From assembly GCA_046539325.1 (NCBI GenBank), contig JBKHHD010000009.1, positions 1 to 38,915 of the forward strand: 38,915 nt of DNA. Reading direction: 5' to 3'. Both the position numbers and the translations under genes were made by a program. Shown in pieces: positions 9,127-18,849 of this stretch. Each line of letters begins with the position of its first letter. Positions within the stretch are counted from its first letter, which is position 1. Source of the stretch: Candidatus Aenigmatarchaeota archaeon. GTDB taxonomy: Archaea; Aenigmatarchaeota; Aenigmatarchaeia; PWEA01. Under the pieces are notes generated by a model. That model saw nothing but the letters and a program-made list of their open reading frames with translations. It ran no database searches and had not been told where the DNA came from.

Positions 9127-10147
9127 ACTGCTTTCCTATTACACTAATCTACCGCTCTGCAAGCCGGAGATGATAAATCTAGGTTTGACACATAGGTGCG
9201 GCCTAGATTGCAGTATATGTAACACAAAGGAAGATGATCCGGATCTGGAAAAGGAACTTTCAAGGGAAGAGTTAAAGGATGTAATAAAGGAGATAGGTGA
9301 ATGGGGTGATATAGGTGTCAGCTTTGCGGGCGGTGAACCGCTTATAAGGAAGGACGATTTGCTTGAATCCGTAAAGACAGCCAAAAAACAGGACCTAACT
9401 ACCTACATGACGACTAATGGCAGGGGTCTTGACAAAAAAACTTCCGAACAGCTTGTCGAAGCAGGCCTGGACTTTATATCCCTCTCTTTGGACGGAGCAG
9501 AAAAAAGTACAAACGACTACATACGAGATGAAGATTCTTATAACGCAGTAATGGATGCTATAGAGAATTTGAAAAAGGCGAAAGAAGAAACTGACGCAGA
9601 AATAAAAATCGGCTTGACGACTGTTGTCACGGACAAAAATTTGGAAGAGCTAATCGAAATACACCGTTTGGTCCAGGAAAAAGAGTTGCACGAAGTAAAC
9701 TACAATCCGTACGTTCCAGACAACTCCTTTATGGGGCAAGTGGATTACGAGGATGACGAATTTTGGATTCGGGGGGATAGGTTAGAAAAACTCGAAGGGG
9801 TTACAGAAAAACTCATAACAATCAAAAACTCAGAAGAAGGGAAAATTGGAACATCGGACTTCATTTTAAACAGTATGGTTGAATATTTCAGGAAGAAAGG
9901 GAAGTTTCGGAAGGGGAAATGTCTGGCAGGCCAGTCTTATATGTACATAAAGCCCAACGGGGAAGTCGACGTCTGCGGCAAGGGACCTTCATTTGAATCG
10001 AGAGAGATGAATGTAAAGGACAGAGACATCAAGGATATATGGAGAAGTTTCAACTTCTTTATAACAAGGCTCAAGATCAAAAACTGCAAGAGACCCTGTC
10101 TCATGCTCTGTTTCCCGAAGATCAATGTGAAAAACCTCTTTAGGTAG
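9101..10147 (+). CDS. Radical SAM/SPASM-Twitch protein 1 of 13 (subgroup A)
   Basis: CGLDCSIC, AGGEP, TTNG, SLDG; C-terminal C-x12-G-x4-C...CKRPCLMLC. Start moved to ATG 9101. Confidence 0.93.
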   Translation: MKKGKIGRRLLSYYTNLPLCKPEMINLGLTHRCGLDCSICNTKEDDPDLEKELSREELKDVIKEIGEWGDIGVSFAGGEPLIRKDDLLESVKTAKKQDLTTYMTTNGRGLDKKTSEQLVEAGLDFISLSLDGAEKSTNDYIRDEDSYNAVMDAIENLKKAKEETDAEIKIGLTTVVTDKNLEELIEIHRLVQEKELHEVNYNPYVPDNSFMGQVDYEDDEFWIRGDRLEKLEGVTEKLITIKNSEEGKIGTSDFILNSMVEYFRKKGKFRKGKCLAGQSYMYIKPNGEVDVCGKGPSFESREMNVKDRDIKDIWRSFNFFITRLKIKNCKRPCLMLCFPKINVKNLFR

Positions 10148-10156
10148 TGTGGTAAA

Positions 10157-11224
10157 TTGAGATATAAAAACAAGTTCCAAGTTTTCAAGGACTACATACT
10201 CAAGTCTTTGTCTTATCACCTGAACTATCCTTTAGTCAAGCCAGAGAGAATCAATCTTGCCACGACCTTCAAATGTCCCCTTAACTGTGAAATGTGTGCC
10301 TTGGAAGAAGATGATGAAAAGGAGGAAATGGTTGAAGAAGACTGGGAAGAGTTAATAGACCAGATAGTTAACTGGGGCATCAGGCATGTCAGTTTCTCCG
10401 GGGGCGAAACGCTAAGCGATGAGGAGAAAACAGTATCTTTGATGGGTTATGCAAAGGAAAAGGGTCTTGAGATAGATTTGATCACGAACGGCTTTTTCAT
10501 GGACGAGAAAACGACGAAGAAAATCATCGAGACAGGTGTCGATCGGATAAGTCTTTCCGTCGACGGGCACAACAGAAAAACACATGACTCTGTTCGAGGC
10601 GAGGGATCGTTCGAGAAGATCGAAAGGGCCATAGAAAATATGAACAGACACCGAGATCTAGCTGACCACATAGAGTACGAGTTCACGACAGTTGTATTGA
10701 AGAAAAATTACAAGAATCTCGTCAGCATCTATGAATTTATGAAAGAAAATGGCTTCGACTTCATAAACTACCAGGCCCTGATACCAGACAACAGTTTCTC
10801 CAACGGTCAAGATTACAACGACGAGCTATGGTTGGACGGTGAAGAAGCAGAAAAATTAGAGCGAATAACACAGGAACTTATAGAGATAAAAAAAGAAACA
10901 GGTGACATAAGAAACAGCAAAAAATATTTACGTGTGATGCCGGAATACTTCAAAAACAAAGACGACTTCCGCTACGGTAAGTGTATGGCTGGCTATGAGG
11001 TAGTCCATATAGACCCTTACGGAAATATAGATTTGTGTGGCTTCGGGCCGAATATCAACGTCCGGAATAAAAAATTAAAAGAGGTTTGGAGGGGGGATGA
11101 CTACAGAATGCTGAGAAAAAAAGTCAAGAAATGCGAAAAGCCCTGTCTACTCCTCTGCTATCGAAAACTGGACCTAGAGGACATGTATAGAACCCATGTG
11201 GAGTCGATGTTGGATGGGATATAA
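10157..11224 (+). CDS. Radical SAM/SPASM-Twitch protein 2 of 13 (subgroup A)
   Basis: CPLNCEMC, SGGET, ITNG, SVDG; CMAGYEVVHIDPYGNIDLC...CEKPCLLLC; TTG start. Confidence 0.93.
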   Translation: MRYKNKFQVFKDYILKSLSYHLNYPLVKPERINLATTFKCPLNCEMCALEEDDEKEEMVEEDWEELIDQIVNWGIRHVSFSGGETLSDEEKTVSLMGYAKEKGLEIDLITNGFFMDEKTTKKIIETGVDRISLSVDGHNRKTHDSVRGEGSFEKIERAIENMNRHRDLADHIEYEFTTVVLKKNYKNLVSIYEFMKENGFDFINYQALIPDNSFSNGQDYNDELWLDGEEAEKLERITQELIEIKKETGDIRNSKKYLRVMPEYFKNKDDFRYGKCMAGYEVVHIDPYGNIDLCGFGPNINVRNKKLKEVWRGDDYRMLRKKVKKCEKPCLLLCYRKLDLEDMYRTHVESMLDGI

Positions 11225-12263
11225 GCTGAATCTTGTAAAACAGTACCTGATGCATCTCCTTTCCTACGAACTGAACTACCCTTTCTCTCAGCCCACCGAG
11301 ATCAATTTCCAGATGACAAACCGTTGTCCCCTGCGCTGTAAGATGTGCAATATACCTGACAACAAGAAGGACAAGGAAGAACTTACCGTGGGAGAGCTGA
11401 AAGATGTTGTCGATGAGGTAGTCGAATGGAACGAAAACGAAAAATACGTTAGCTTTGTCGGTGGTGAAGCGCTTGTCAGAAAGGAAGACACTTTGGAGAT
11501 GATAGACTACTGTAAGGAGAAAGGCCTACACACGACGCTGGTGACCAGCGGTGTCTTAATGGATGAAGAGCTCTGCCAGGAACTTATAGAAATCGGCTTG
11601 GATAGAATAGCCTTTTCGATCGACGGGAATAAAGCAGAAACCCATAATGAAATAAGGGGGGAGGAAGTCTATGGGAAGGCGATAAAGCAACTCGATAAAA
11701 TGCTAGAGTTGCGCAATGGAAATCCAAAGGTGGATGTGAACACGGTCATAATGAAGCAGAATTTTGAAGAGCTGCCTGACATACACGAGATGGTGAGAGA
11801 GAAGGGCGTCGACGAAATATTCTACCAGGCAGTCGTGCCCGACAACACTTACAAGAACAAGGCAGACCTCTACAACAGCGAAGTATGGATCGACAAGGAC
11901 GAAGAAGAAAAGCTGAAGGAGGTGGTGGAGGAGTTAAAGGAGCTGAAGGAAAAGCATGGAATGATAAATAACAGCAAAAGGTATCTAGACTCAGTCCCCG
12001 ACTACTTCGTGCAAAAAGAGGAGTTCGAGCCGGGCAAGTGTCTTGCAGGTTACATGGGCCTCAATATTGACCCTTATGGTGATATAAGCATCTGCGGCTT
12101 TGGTCCGAATATAAACGTGAAGGACGGAAATATAGAGGAGTTGTGGAAGTCGGAAGAGTTCAGGGAAACTAGAGAAAAGATAAAAAACTGTTCGCGGCCA
12201 TGTCTCATGCTCTGCTACAGAAAAGCAAGTCTGACGGAACTGGTAGATAAAATAAGAGGATAG
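11214..12263 (+). CDS. Radical SAM/SPASM-Twitch protein 3 of 13 (subgroup A)
   Basis: CPLRCKMC, VGGEA, VTSG, SIDG; CLAGYMGLNIDPYGDISIC...CSRPCLMLC. Start moved to ATG 11214. Confidence 0.93.
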   Translation: MGYKLNLVKQYLMHLLSYELNYPFSQPTEINFQMTNRCPLRCKMCNIPDNKKDKEELTVGELKDVVDEVVEWNENEKYVSFVGGEALVRKEDTLEMIDYCKEKGLHTTLVTSGVLMDEELCQELIEIGLDRIAFSIDGNKAETHNEIRGEEVYGKAIKQLDKMLELRNGNPKVDVNTVIMKQNFEELPDIHEMVREKGVDEIFYQAVVPDNTYKNKADLYNSEVWIDKDEEEKLKEVVEELKELKEKHGMINNSKRYLDSVPDYFVQKEEFEPGKCLAGYMGLNIDPYGDISICGFGPNINVKDGNIEELWKSEEFRETREKIKNCSRPCLMLCYRKASLTELVDKIRG

Positions 12264-12264
12264 A

Positions 12265-13284
12265 ATGGAAAGGATTGAAAGGCTAAAGAGGGCTGTTGAG
12301 GATGAGGAAGAGATAGGACCAGAGCTCGTTATGATCAGCCCGACGGACAAGTGTAACCTGAGATGTAGAACATGCTGGAGAAGGAACAAGGAGGGAGAAG
12401 AATTCGAACGAGGTCTTTCCCTGGAAAAGGTGAAAGATATACTAAACGATTGTGAAAAACTGGACGTGAGGAAAATAGATCTAACAGGCGGTGGCGAACC
12501 TTTTCTCAGAAACGATATATTTGAGATGATAAATGCAGCAAAGAGTAGGGGCTTCGAAGTTGGCCTGACTACCAACGCCTCCCTGCTTGATCAAGACAGG
12601 GTTCAAAGGATTGTAGATCTTGGCATGGACGAAGTCCTGCTCTCTCTTGACGGCTTGCAAGAAACAAATGACTTCCTCAGAGGTGAAGGTGTATTCAAAG
12701 ACGTCATGAAGGCCGTAAAACTTTTCAATAAGATGAAGTTTGATGGGGCCTTAGGTTTTTCCACGGTAATATCTTCGGTGAATTACGATGAACTTTTTGA
12801 TGTAGTCAAACTTGCGGAAGAGAACAACCTTGATTACGTGAACTTTATAGTATTGAACGTCTGGGATTCAAACCGGCAGTTCAGCATTGAAGAAATAGAA
12901 GACGAAGTTATACAATCTTTGAAGGATATTAAGGAATTTGAAAAGGAAAGTAAAGTGAGCACAAATGCTGATAATATCATAAATTATGGCCTATCAGAAA
13001 GGGAACCGCCAGAGTTCTGCTTTGCTCCCTGGGACATGGCTTTCATAAACGCCTCTGGTGAGATGATGGCCTGTTGCACATTGGCCAGTTACTACAAAAA
13101 TATTCTCGGAAACCTGGAGGAAAACAGCTTTTATGAACTGTGGACGGGGGAAAAAATGAAGGCTTTCAGAGAAGAGATTAAGAACGGTGAATTTCCGGAA
13201 AAGTGTAATGAGTGCTTGCCTGACTTCATCGAAAAGTACAACGAAACATGCAGGAGGCTGGAAGAACATGGATTCAAAGATTAG
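12265..13284 (+). CDS. Radical SAM/Twitch protein 4 of 13 (subgroup B)
   Basis: CNLRCRTC, GGGEP, TTNA, SLDG; CFAPWDMAFINASGEMMACC...CNEC. Confidence 0.93.
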   Translation: MERIERLKRAVEDEEEIGPELVMISPTDKCNLRCRTCWRRNKEGEEFERGLSLEKVKDILNDCEKLDVRKIDLTGGGEPFLRNDIFEMINAAKSRGFEVGLTTNASLLDQDRVQRIVDLGMDEVLLSLDGLQETNDFLRGEGVFKDVMKAVKLFNKMKFDGALGFSTVISSVNYDELFDVVKLAEENNLDYVNFIVLNVWDSNRQFSIEEIEDEVIQSLKDIKEFEKESKVSTNADNIINYGLSEREPPEFCFAPWDMAFINASGEMMACCTLASYYKNILGNLEENSFYELWTGEKMKAFREEIKNGEFPEKCNECLPDFIEKYNETCRRLEEHGFKD

Positions 13285-14416
13285 GAGGCTTTACAGGTGG
13301 AAAAAAGGAAGAAAACAAGGTCCGGTTAGAATAGAACTGCATCCAACGGACCGCTGCAATCTAAGCTGCAGGTTCTGCTGGCGGAAAGGAGAGCACGAGG
13401 TCAGGCCGGAGAAGGAGTTAAGCAAGGAAAAACTATTGAAGATAGTCGACGAAGCAGCGGAGATGGGTGTAAAGGAATGGATAGTTTCCGGTGGTGGCGA
13501 ACCGATGATGAGAAAGGAAACTACACTGGAGGTCATGGGAAGAATCAAAGAACACGATATGTGGGGTCAGCTGACTACCAACGGAACCCTTTTCGAGGAA
13601 GAAGACGTGAAAAGAGTCGTGAAAATGGGATGGGACCAGGTGCAGATAAGCATCGATGGACCGGACGCGGAGACAAACAACGAGATAAGACAGGGCGGGA
13701 ACGCGTTTTCAAAGGCAGTGAGAACCTCCAAGATGATATCAAAGCGGAAGGAAAGACTGAATTCAGAGGATCCTTTCCTGGGCTACAACACAATACTTAA
13801 TCGGCTGAACCACGACAAACTCGAGGACATGATAGAACTCGCTGACGAAGCAGGAAGCCAGCTGGTCTACTTCGAGCCCATTTACCCTGGATACAATTCT
13901 GATATAAGACTGAAGATGAACGAAGAAGAGAAGAAAGAGATGAAAAAGCACGTTAAAAAGGCAGAAAGACTAGCCGAGAAACTTTCCGTTAATACAAATG
14001 TGGATGAGTACCTAGACGAATATAATGTTGATAAAGACTCCTTCGAGGAAAGGGTCTTGGAGAAGTCCGGAGAGTGCGATTCTGGTTTCATGGCTGCCCC
14101 ATGTTATCAACCATGGTATCTGATGGGCATAAAGGGTTCTGGGCTTGCCGGCTGTTGCTCTACATTTGAGGAAGGCGTCGATATCCACGACAAAAGCTTA
14201 AAGGAGGCCTGGTACAGCGACAAGTTCGAGGAGTTGAGGGAGGAGATGCTGAAGAAGCAGATACCTGACTGCTGCTCAAAGTGCAGCGTAGTCGTGTTGA
14301 AGAGCAATGAAAAACTGAGGGAGAAGTTGAGAAGATATGATGAAAATAGAACGAAAAGCGAAATGAAGAGTAAACTTGCTGGTGCATTGGAATGGATGGA
14401 AAACTTGAAAGGATAG
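13268..14416 (+). CDS. Radical SAM/Twitch protein 5 of 13 (subgroup B)
   Basis: CNLSCRFC, GGGEP, TTNG, SIDG; CYQPWYLMGIKGSGLAGCC...CSKC. Start moved to ATG 13268 (MDSKIRRL) by alignment with paralogues. Confidence 0.93.
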   Translation: MDSKIRRLYRWKKGRKQGPVRIELHPTDRCNLSCRFCWRKGEHEVRPEKELSKEKLLKIVDEAAEMGVKEWIVSGGGEPMMRKETTLEVMGRIKEHDMWGQLTTNGTLFEEEDVKRVVKMGWDQVQISIDGPDAETNNEIRQGGNAFSKAVRTSKMISKRKERLNSEDPFLGYNTILNRLNHDKLEDMIELADEAGSQLVYFEPIYPGYNSDIRLKMNEEEKKEMKKHVKKAERLAEKLSVNTNVDEYLDEYNVDKDSFEERVLEKSGECDSGFMAAPCYQPWYLMGIKGSGLAGCCSTFEEGVDIHDKSLKEAWYSDKFEELREEMLKKQIPDCCSKCSVVVLKSNEKLREKLRRYDENRTKSEMKSKLAGALEWMENLKG

Positions 14417-15468
14417 AGAAGTGGGAGGAAGGGGGTAGAGCAGGGCCTTATACTCTAGAGATAAATCCGACCAACCGCTGTAATCTTGCCTGTCGATTTT
14501 GTTGGCAGAGGATTACCGAACCGAATCTTTCCAAAGAACTGTCCGAGGAGAAACTGCTGAAGACTATAGATGAGGCAAACGAACTTGATGTGAAAGAAAT
14601 CAGAATACCTGGAAGCGGAGAACCCTTGTTACGGAGAAATACAGTTATAAAAATGATGAAGAGGATAAAGGAGCACGACATTCACGGACTGATAATCACT
14701 AACGGAACATTTCTCGATGAGGATTTCATCCAGAAAATGGTTGATTGGCAGTGGGACAACCTTACGGTTTCCCTGGATGGCCCGGATGCGAAAACGCACG
14801 ACTTCTTGCGGCAGAGGAAAGGGACTTTTGAAAAGGTGAAGCGAAGTTTAGAGCTCCTCAAAGAAACAAAGGAAAGGAATAACTCAAAAAGACCCAGGTT
14901 AAGGTTCCATACAGTCTTGACGAACAAAAACCATGATAAGCTCTTGGAGATGGTTGAATTCGCAGACAAGTATAACTGCGAAGACATAAAACTTCAACCA
15001 ATGACACCATTCTCCAACCTGGGCGAACAGTGCATGTTCGAGGGTGATAGGGAAAAGTTGAATGAAAGGTTAACTGAAGCGGGAGAAAGTGCAGAGGAAT
15101 ATGGAATCAACACAAACTTCAAAAGCTTTATTGGCAACGATGTCGTGGAGAGGACTAATGAGATGCAGGAGGTCGTCAAAGAGGCATCACAGGAGCAAGA
15201 TGGCTTTGCCTCGGCACCTTGTTTCGAGCCCTGGTACAATATGGTAATTCTGCCCGATGGAAAGACAGCCCAGTGCTCGATGTTTGGTGGAAAGGGGGGT
15301 GTTCAGGTCAAGAATAGTAGTTTAGAGGAAATCTGGTACGGTGATTACTTTGAAAAGACGAGAGAAAGGCTTCTTAACCATGAACTATTTGACTACTGCG
15401 AAAACTGCTGTGTCGCAGTAAATATGGAGAACAGGAGGATAAGAGAAAGGCTGAGAGGTGAAACATGA
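14392..15468 (+). CDS. Radical SAM/Twitch protein 6 of 13 (subgroup B)
   Basis: CNLACRFC, variant PGSGEP, ITNG, SLDG; CFEPWYNMVILPDGKTAQC...CENC. Confidence 0.93.
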   Translation: MDGKLERIEKWEEGGRAGPYTLEINPTNRCNLACRFCWQRITEPNLSKELSEEKLLKTIDEANELDVKEIRIPGSGEPLLRRNTVIKMMKRIKEHDIHGLIITNGTFLDEDFIQKMVDWQWDNLTVSLDGPDAKTHDFLRQRKGTFEKVKRSLELLKETKERNNSKRPRLRFHTVLTNKNHDKLLEMVEFADKYNCEDIKLQPMTPFSNLGEQCMFEGDREKLNERLTEAGESAEEYGINTNFKSFIGNDVVERTNEMQEVVKEASQEQDGFASAPCFEPWYNMVILPDGKTAQCSMFGGKGGVQVKNSSLEEIWYGDYFEKTRERLLNHELFDYCENCCVAVNMENRRIRERLRGET

Positions 15469-16610
15469 AGCAAAGGACGAGAAAGATATCCGTAAACAGA
15501 TTGAAGAAATGGATAAAGGGCGAAGAAGCCGGTCCCGTAAGGATAGATATAGAGCCTACGGCATGCTGCAATCTAGAGTGCAAGTTCTGCTGGCAGCGCG
15601 ACGAGAAAAGGTTGGAGTGGTGCGACTACGACGACCTTATATCCCAGGGGAGGCTTGTTGAGATAGTAAAAGAAGCTTCTGCTCTTGGAGTCAAGGAATG
15701 GCAGGTTGCTGGAGGATGGGAACCTACCGCAAATATGGAGAAAACTTATCCGATGTTGAAAGAGATAAAGAAGCATGATATGTACGGATGCCTGACCACT
15801 AACGGTGTAGGTTTCACCGAGGACCAGATAAAGAAGCTCGTGGAACTGGGATGGGACCAGATACTTTTCTCTGTCGAAGGTCCTGATTCCCGGACCCACG
15901 ACTCCCTGACCCAGGTGAAGGGATCATTCGAGAAAGTGAAGAGAAATGTGAACCTGTTCAAGAAGTACAAGGAGGAACTTGGTAAAAAAAAGCCAGAATA
16001 CTCGGTACACGCAGTTCTGAACAGCAAGAACTACGACAAAATGAAGGAAATGATTGAAATAGGTCACAGATGGGGTTGCACGGGTGTGAACTTCGAGCCT
16101 ATGCTCCCCTGGTCCGAAGAGGCTGAAAAGATTAAGCTCAGTGAGAAGCAGCAGGATATACTGGACTACTACATAGATGAGGCGCTTGAAAAAGCGGAGG
16201 AACTTGGAATGCATACAAATTTGAGAAGCCTGAAGGGAAGAAAAGACCTTGTTGATAAGGACGAAAATTCGAAGGAAGTTCTGGAAAAATCCGTCGAGGA
16301 GAAGGAGAAAAATATAGTGAACGCGCCCTGCTACGTCCCATGGCTTTCTCTGGAGATAAGGGTCAGCGGAAAAGTAGTTTCCTGCCGCCTTAATGACAAT
16401 GACGCTGGAGCACCGGAGGTACATGAACGAAGTTTGGAGGATATTTGGTTTGGAGAGTACTTCGAAAGCTTGAGGGAAAACATGGCCCAAAGAAATCTCC
16501 CGGAATACTGTTCAACTTGTGCCTCCGGGGATATCGTGGATCAGGAGGAGCTCAGGAAAAGACTGAAAGAATCGGATACAATAAACAAAATAAAGGACAT
16601 GGTTAGATGA
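15465..16610 (+). CDS. Radical SAM/Twitch protein 7 of 13 (subgroup B)
   Basis: CCNLECKFC, variant GGWEP, TTNG, SVEG; CYVPWLSLEIRVSGKVVSC...CSTC. Confidence 0.93.
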   Translation: MKQRTRKISVNRLKKWIKGEEAGPVRIDIEPTACCNLECKFCWQRDEKRLEWCDYDDLISQGRLVEIVKEASALGVKEWQVAGGWEPTANMEKTYPMLKEIKKHDMYGCLTTNGVGFTEDQIKKLVELGWDQILFSVEGPDSRTHDSLTQVKGSFEKVKRNVNLFKKYKEELGKKKPEYSVHAVLNSKNYDKMKEMIEIGHRWGCTGVNFEPMLPWSEEAEKIKLSEKQQDILDYYIDEALEKAEELGMHTNLRSLKGRKDLVDKDENSKEVLEKSVEEKEKNIVNAPCYVPWLSLEIRVSGKVVSCRLNDNDAGAPEVHERSLEDIWFGEYFESLRENMAQRNLPEYCSTCASGDIVDQEELRKRLKESDTINKIKDMVR

Positions 16611-17770
16611 ACGAACACGAAAGGTCAAAGATAAGGAGAATTTTAGGCTGGCTTGAAGGTGAAGAACCAGGGCCATGGAAAATAGATGTCGAGTTGCACA
16701 GACGTTGCAATCTACGCTGTCTCTCCTGCTCAAGAAGAAGCGCAGATAACTATGAAGAGATTAACGAGCACTCGAAGGAAATAGAGATGTCCACTGAAAA
16801 ATGGTTGGAGATCATAGATGAAGCGGCGGAACTTGGTGTGGAGGAATGGCATATAGCAGGAGGTGGAGAACCGCTACTTCTGCCTGAAAGAACTCTCCGC
16901 GTTATGGAAAGGATCAAGGAGCACGGAATGTACGGAATTCTAACGGACAACGGGACTCAATTTGATGAAGAAATGATAAAAAGAGTTATAGAGATGGGTT
17001 GGGATGTGATACACTTTTCTATAGACGGCCCGGACGCGGAAACCCACGACTATCTGAGGCAGGTCAACGAGGCTTTCAGAAAAGCTACGCGATCTGTGAA
17101 AAACTTTCAGAGGTTCAAAAACAAGCTGAGTTCAGATAAACCAGAAATCAGGGTCAATACCGTGCTTTCGAAGGAGAACTACAATAAGCTTCCGCAGATG
17201 GCTGAGTATTTGAATGAGATGGACGTAAGCTACTGGTTCGTCGAGCCGCTGATAGTTTACTCCGAAACCGGTGAGAAGTTGAAACTGGGCAAAGAAGAGA
17301 TGGAAGAGTTCAGAAAGGAATACTATCCGAAGCTGATCGAAAAATGCAGAAAGTACGGGATAGGAAACAACTTCGACTCCGTTAAAGGGAATCTAGAGGA
17401 AGAGCTTATCGGAGGGACAAACAAAATGGACGAAATAGTAAAGGAAGACGCCGAGGAGAGAGAAAACGTTCTATCAGTGCCCTGTTACCAACCTTTCTTC
17501 CACATGGTCATAAAGTGCAACGGAAACGTCAACTTTTGCGACGTCTTCACGGACACAGGCGTAAATGTGAAGGACAAAAGCCTGAAGGAGGTCTGGCACG
17601 GTGACTATATGGAAGAGGTGAGACAGGAAATGCTAAAGAAAAAAATACCCGACTACTGCGGCAAGTGCAATCCTAGCAACACCACACAGAGAAGGAGATA
17701 CAGGGAGGAAATGAAGAATATGCTATCCCAGAGTAAATTAGAAAGGATAAAGAGAAAGGTTTCAGGTTGA
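16607..17770 (+). CDS. Radical SAM/Twitch protein 8 of 13 (subgroup B)
   Basis: CNLRCLSC, GGGEP, TDNG, SIDG; CYQPFFHMVIKCNGNVNFC...CGKC. Confidence 0.93.
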   Translation: MNEHERSKIRRILGWLEGEEPGPWKIDVELHRRCNLRCLSCSRRSADNYEEINEHSKEIEMSTEKWLEIIDEAAELGVEEWHIAGGGEPLLLPERTLRVMERIKEHGMYGILTDNGTQFDEEMIKRVIEMGWDVIHFSIDGPDAETHDYLRQVNEAFRKATRSVKNFQRFKNKLSSDKPEIRVNTVLSKENYNKLPQMAEYLNEMDVSYWFVEPLIVYSETGEKLKLGKEEMEEFRKEYYPKLIEKCRKYGIGNNFDSVKGNLEEELIGGTNKMDEIVKEDAEERENVLSVPCYQPFFHMVIKCNGNVNFCDVFTDTGVNVKDKSLKEVWHGDYMEEVRQEMLKKKIPDYCGKCNPSNTTQRRRYREEMKNMLSQSKLERIKRKVSG

Positions 17771-17774
17771 GAAA

Positions 17775-18842
17775 ATGAAGGAACTTGTTCGGAGACTGAG
17801 AAAATGGAAGAAAGGGAAGGAAGCAGCTCCACTGATCTGTCAGGTGCACCTCACGAATAAATGCAACCTATCCTGCGGCTTCTGCCCCACAGTAGCTTCA
17901 AAGGAGGAAGGAGAACTTGACGTGAGTAACGAACTCGGAATAGAAAAGTGGATGGAGATAGTAAGGGAAGGAAAGGAGATGGGCGTTGACGAGTGGCATA
18001 TCTGCGGTGGCGGAGAACCCTTTTTCGATAAAGATAAAGCCAAGAAGATTATGGAAAAAATGAAGGAAAGCGGTGCAAGAGGTGAAGTGATAACAAATGG
18101 AACTCTTGTCGACGAAGAGATTGCGGAAATGCTTGTGAATATTGGTTGGGACCTCGTGACGTTTTCCATAGATGGCCCAGATGCGGAAACTAACGATAAA
18201 ATAAGGAGTGAAGGTAGCTTCAGGCAGGCGGTAAAGAACGCTAAGTACCTTTCCAGAATAAGAGATAATTCGGAGCCTTACCTCGTGGTTCATACCGTTA
18301 TCTGCAACGAAAACTATAAGAAGCCCGAAGAGATGGTCAAACTGGTTGACGAGATAGGCTTCGATGAAATCCGCTTCAACTCTATGAACGTGTGGAACGA
18401 GACCGGGGAGAAGTTGAAGCTGGACGAATCGAAAAGGAAAGAAGCCAAAGAGAATCTAATTGAAGCGAGGAAGATGACAGAGAAAAGGAACGTCGAGAGC
18501 AATATTGATGAATTCGTGAAGCATAATCTGTTGGAACATAGCAACGAGATAGACGAGGCGATGAAAGAAGGACTGGACGGAAAGGGAGAAAAATTTTCGA
18601 ACCTCCCGTGTTACTATCCGTGGTACAATTTTTCTATATTTGCCGACGGACGGGCAGCGCCCTGTTTTCTCTTTCAAAAAGGAGACAATATAAAAAACAA
18701 ATCACTGGAGGAGGTGTGGAAAGGTGGTTTTTTCAACAGGACAAGAGAGAGGTTCTTGGAAAATAAACTCAAAGATGTCTGCAAGAACTGCAATGCTTGG
18801 AACGTGGAGAAGATGAGGGAGATAAGAAAGGAATTGAATTAG
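17775..18842 (+). CDS. Radical SAM/Twitch protein 9 of 13 (subgroup B)
   Basis: CNLSCGFC, CGGGEP, ITNG, SIDG; CYYPWYNFSIFADGRAAPC...CKNC. Confidence 0.93.
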   Translation: MKELVRRLRKWKKGKEAAPLICQVHLTNKCNLSCGFCPTVASKEEGELDVSNELGIEKWMEIVREGKEMGVDEWHICGGGEPFFDKDKAKKIMEKMKESGARGEVITNGTLVDEEIAEMLVNIGWDLVTFSIDGPDAETNDKIRSEGSFRQAVKNAKYLSRIRDNSEPYLVVHTVICNENYKKPEEMVKLVDEIGFDEIRFNSMNVWNETGEKLKLDESKRKEAKENLIEARKMTEKRNVESNIDEFVKHNLLEHSNEIDEAMKEGLDGKGEKFSNLPCYYPWYNFSIFADGRAAPCFLFQKGDNIKNKSLEEVWKGGFFNRTRERFLENKLKDVCKNCNAWNVEKMREIRKELN

Positions 18843-18849
18843 TGATAAT

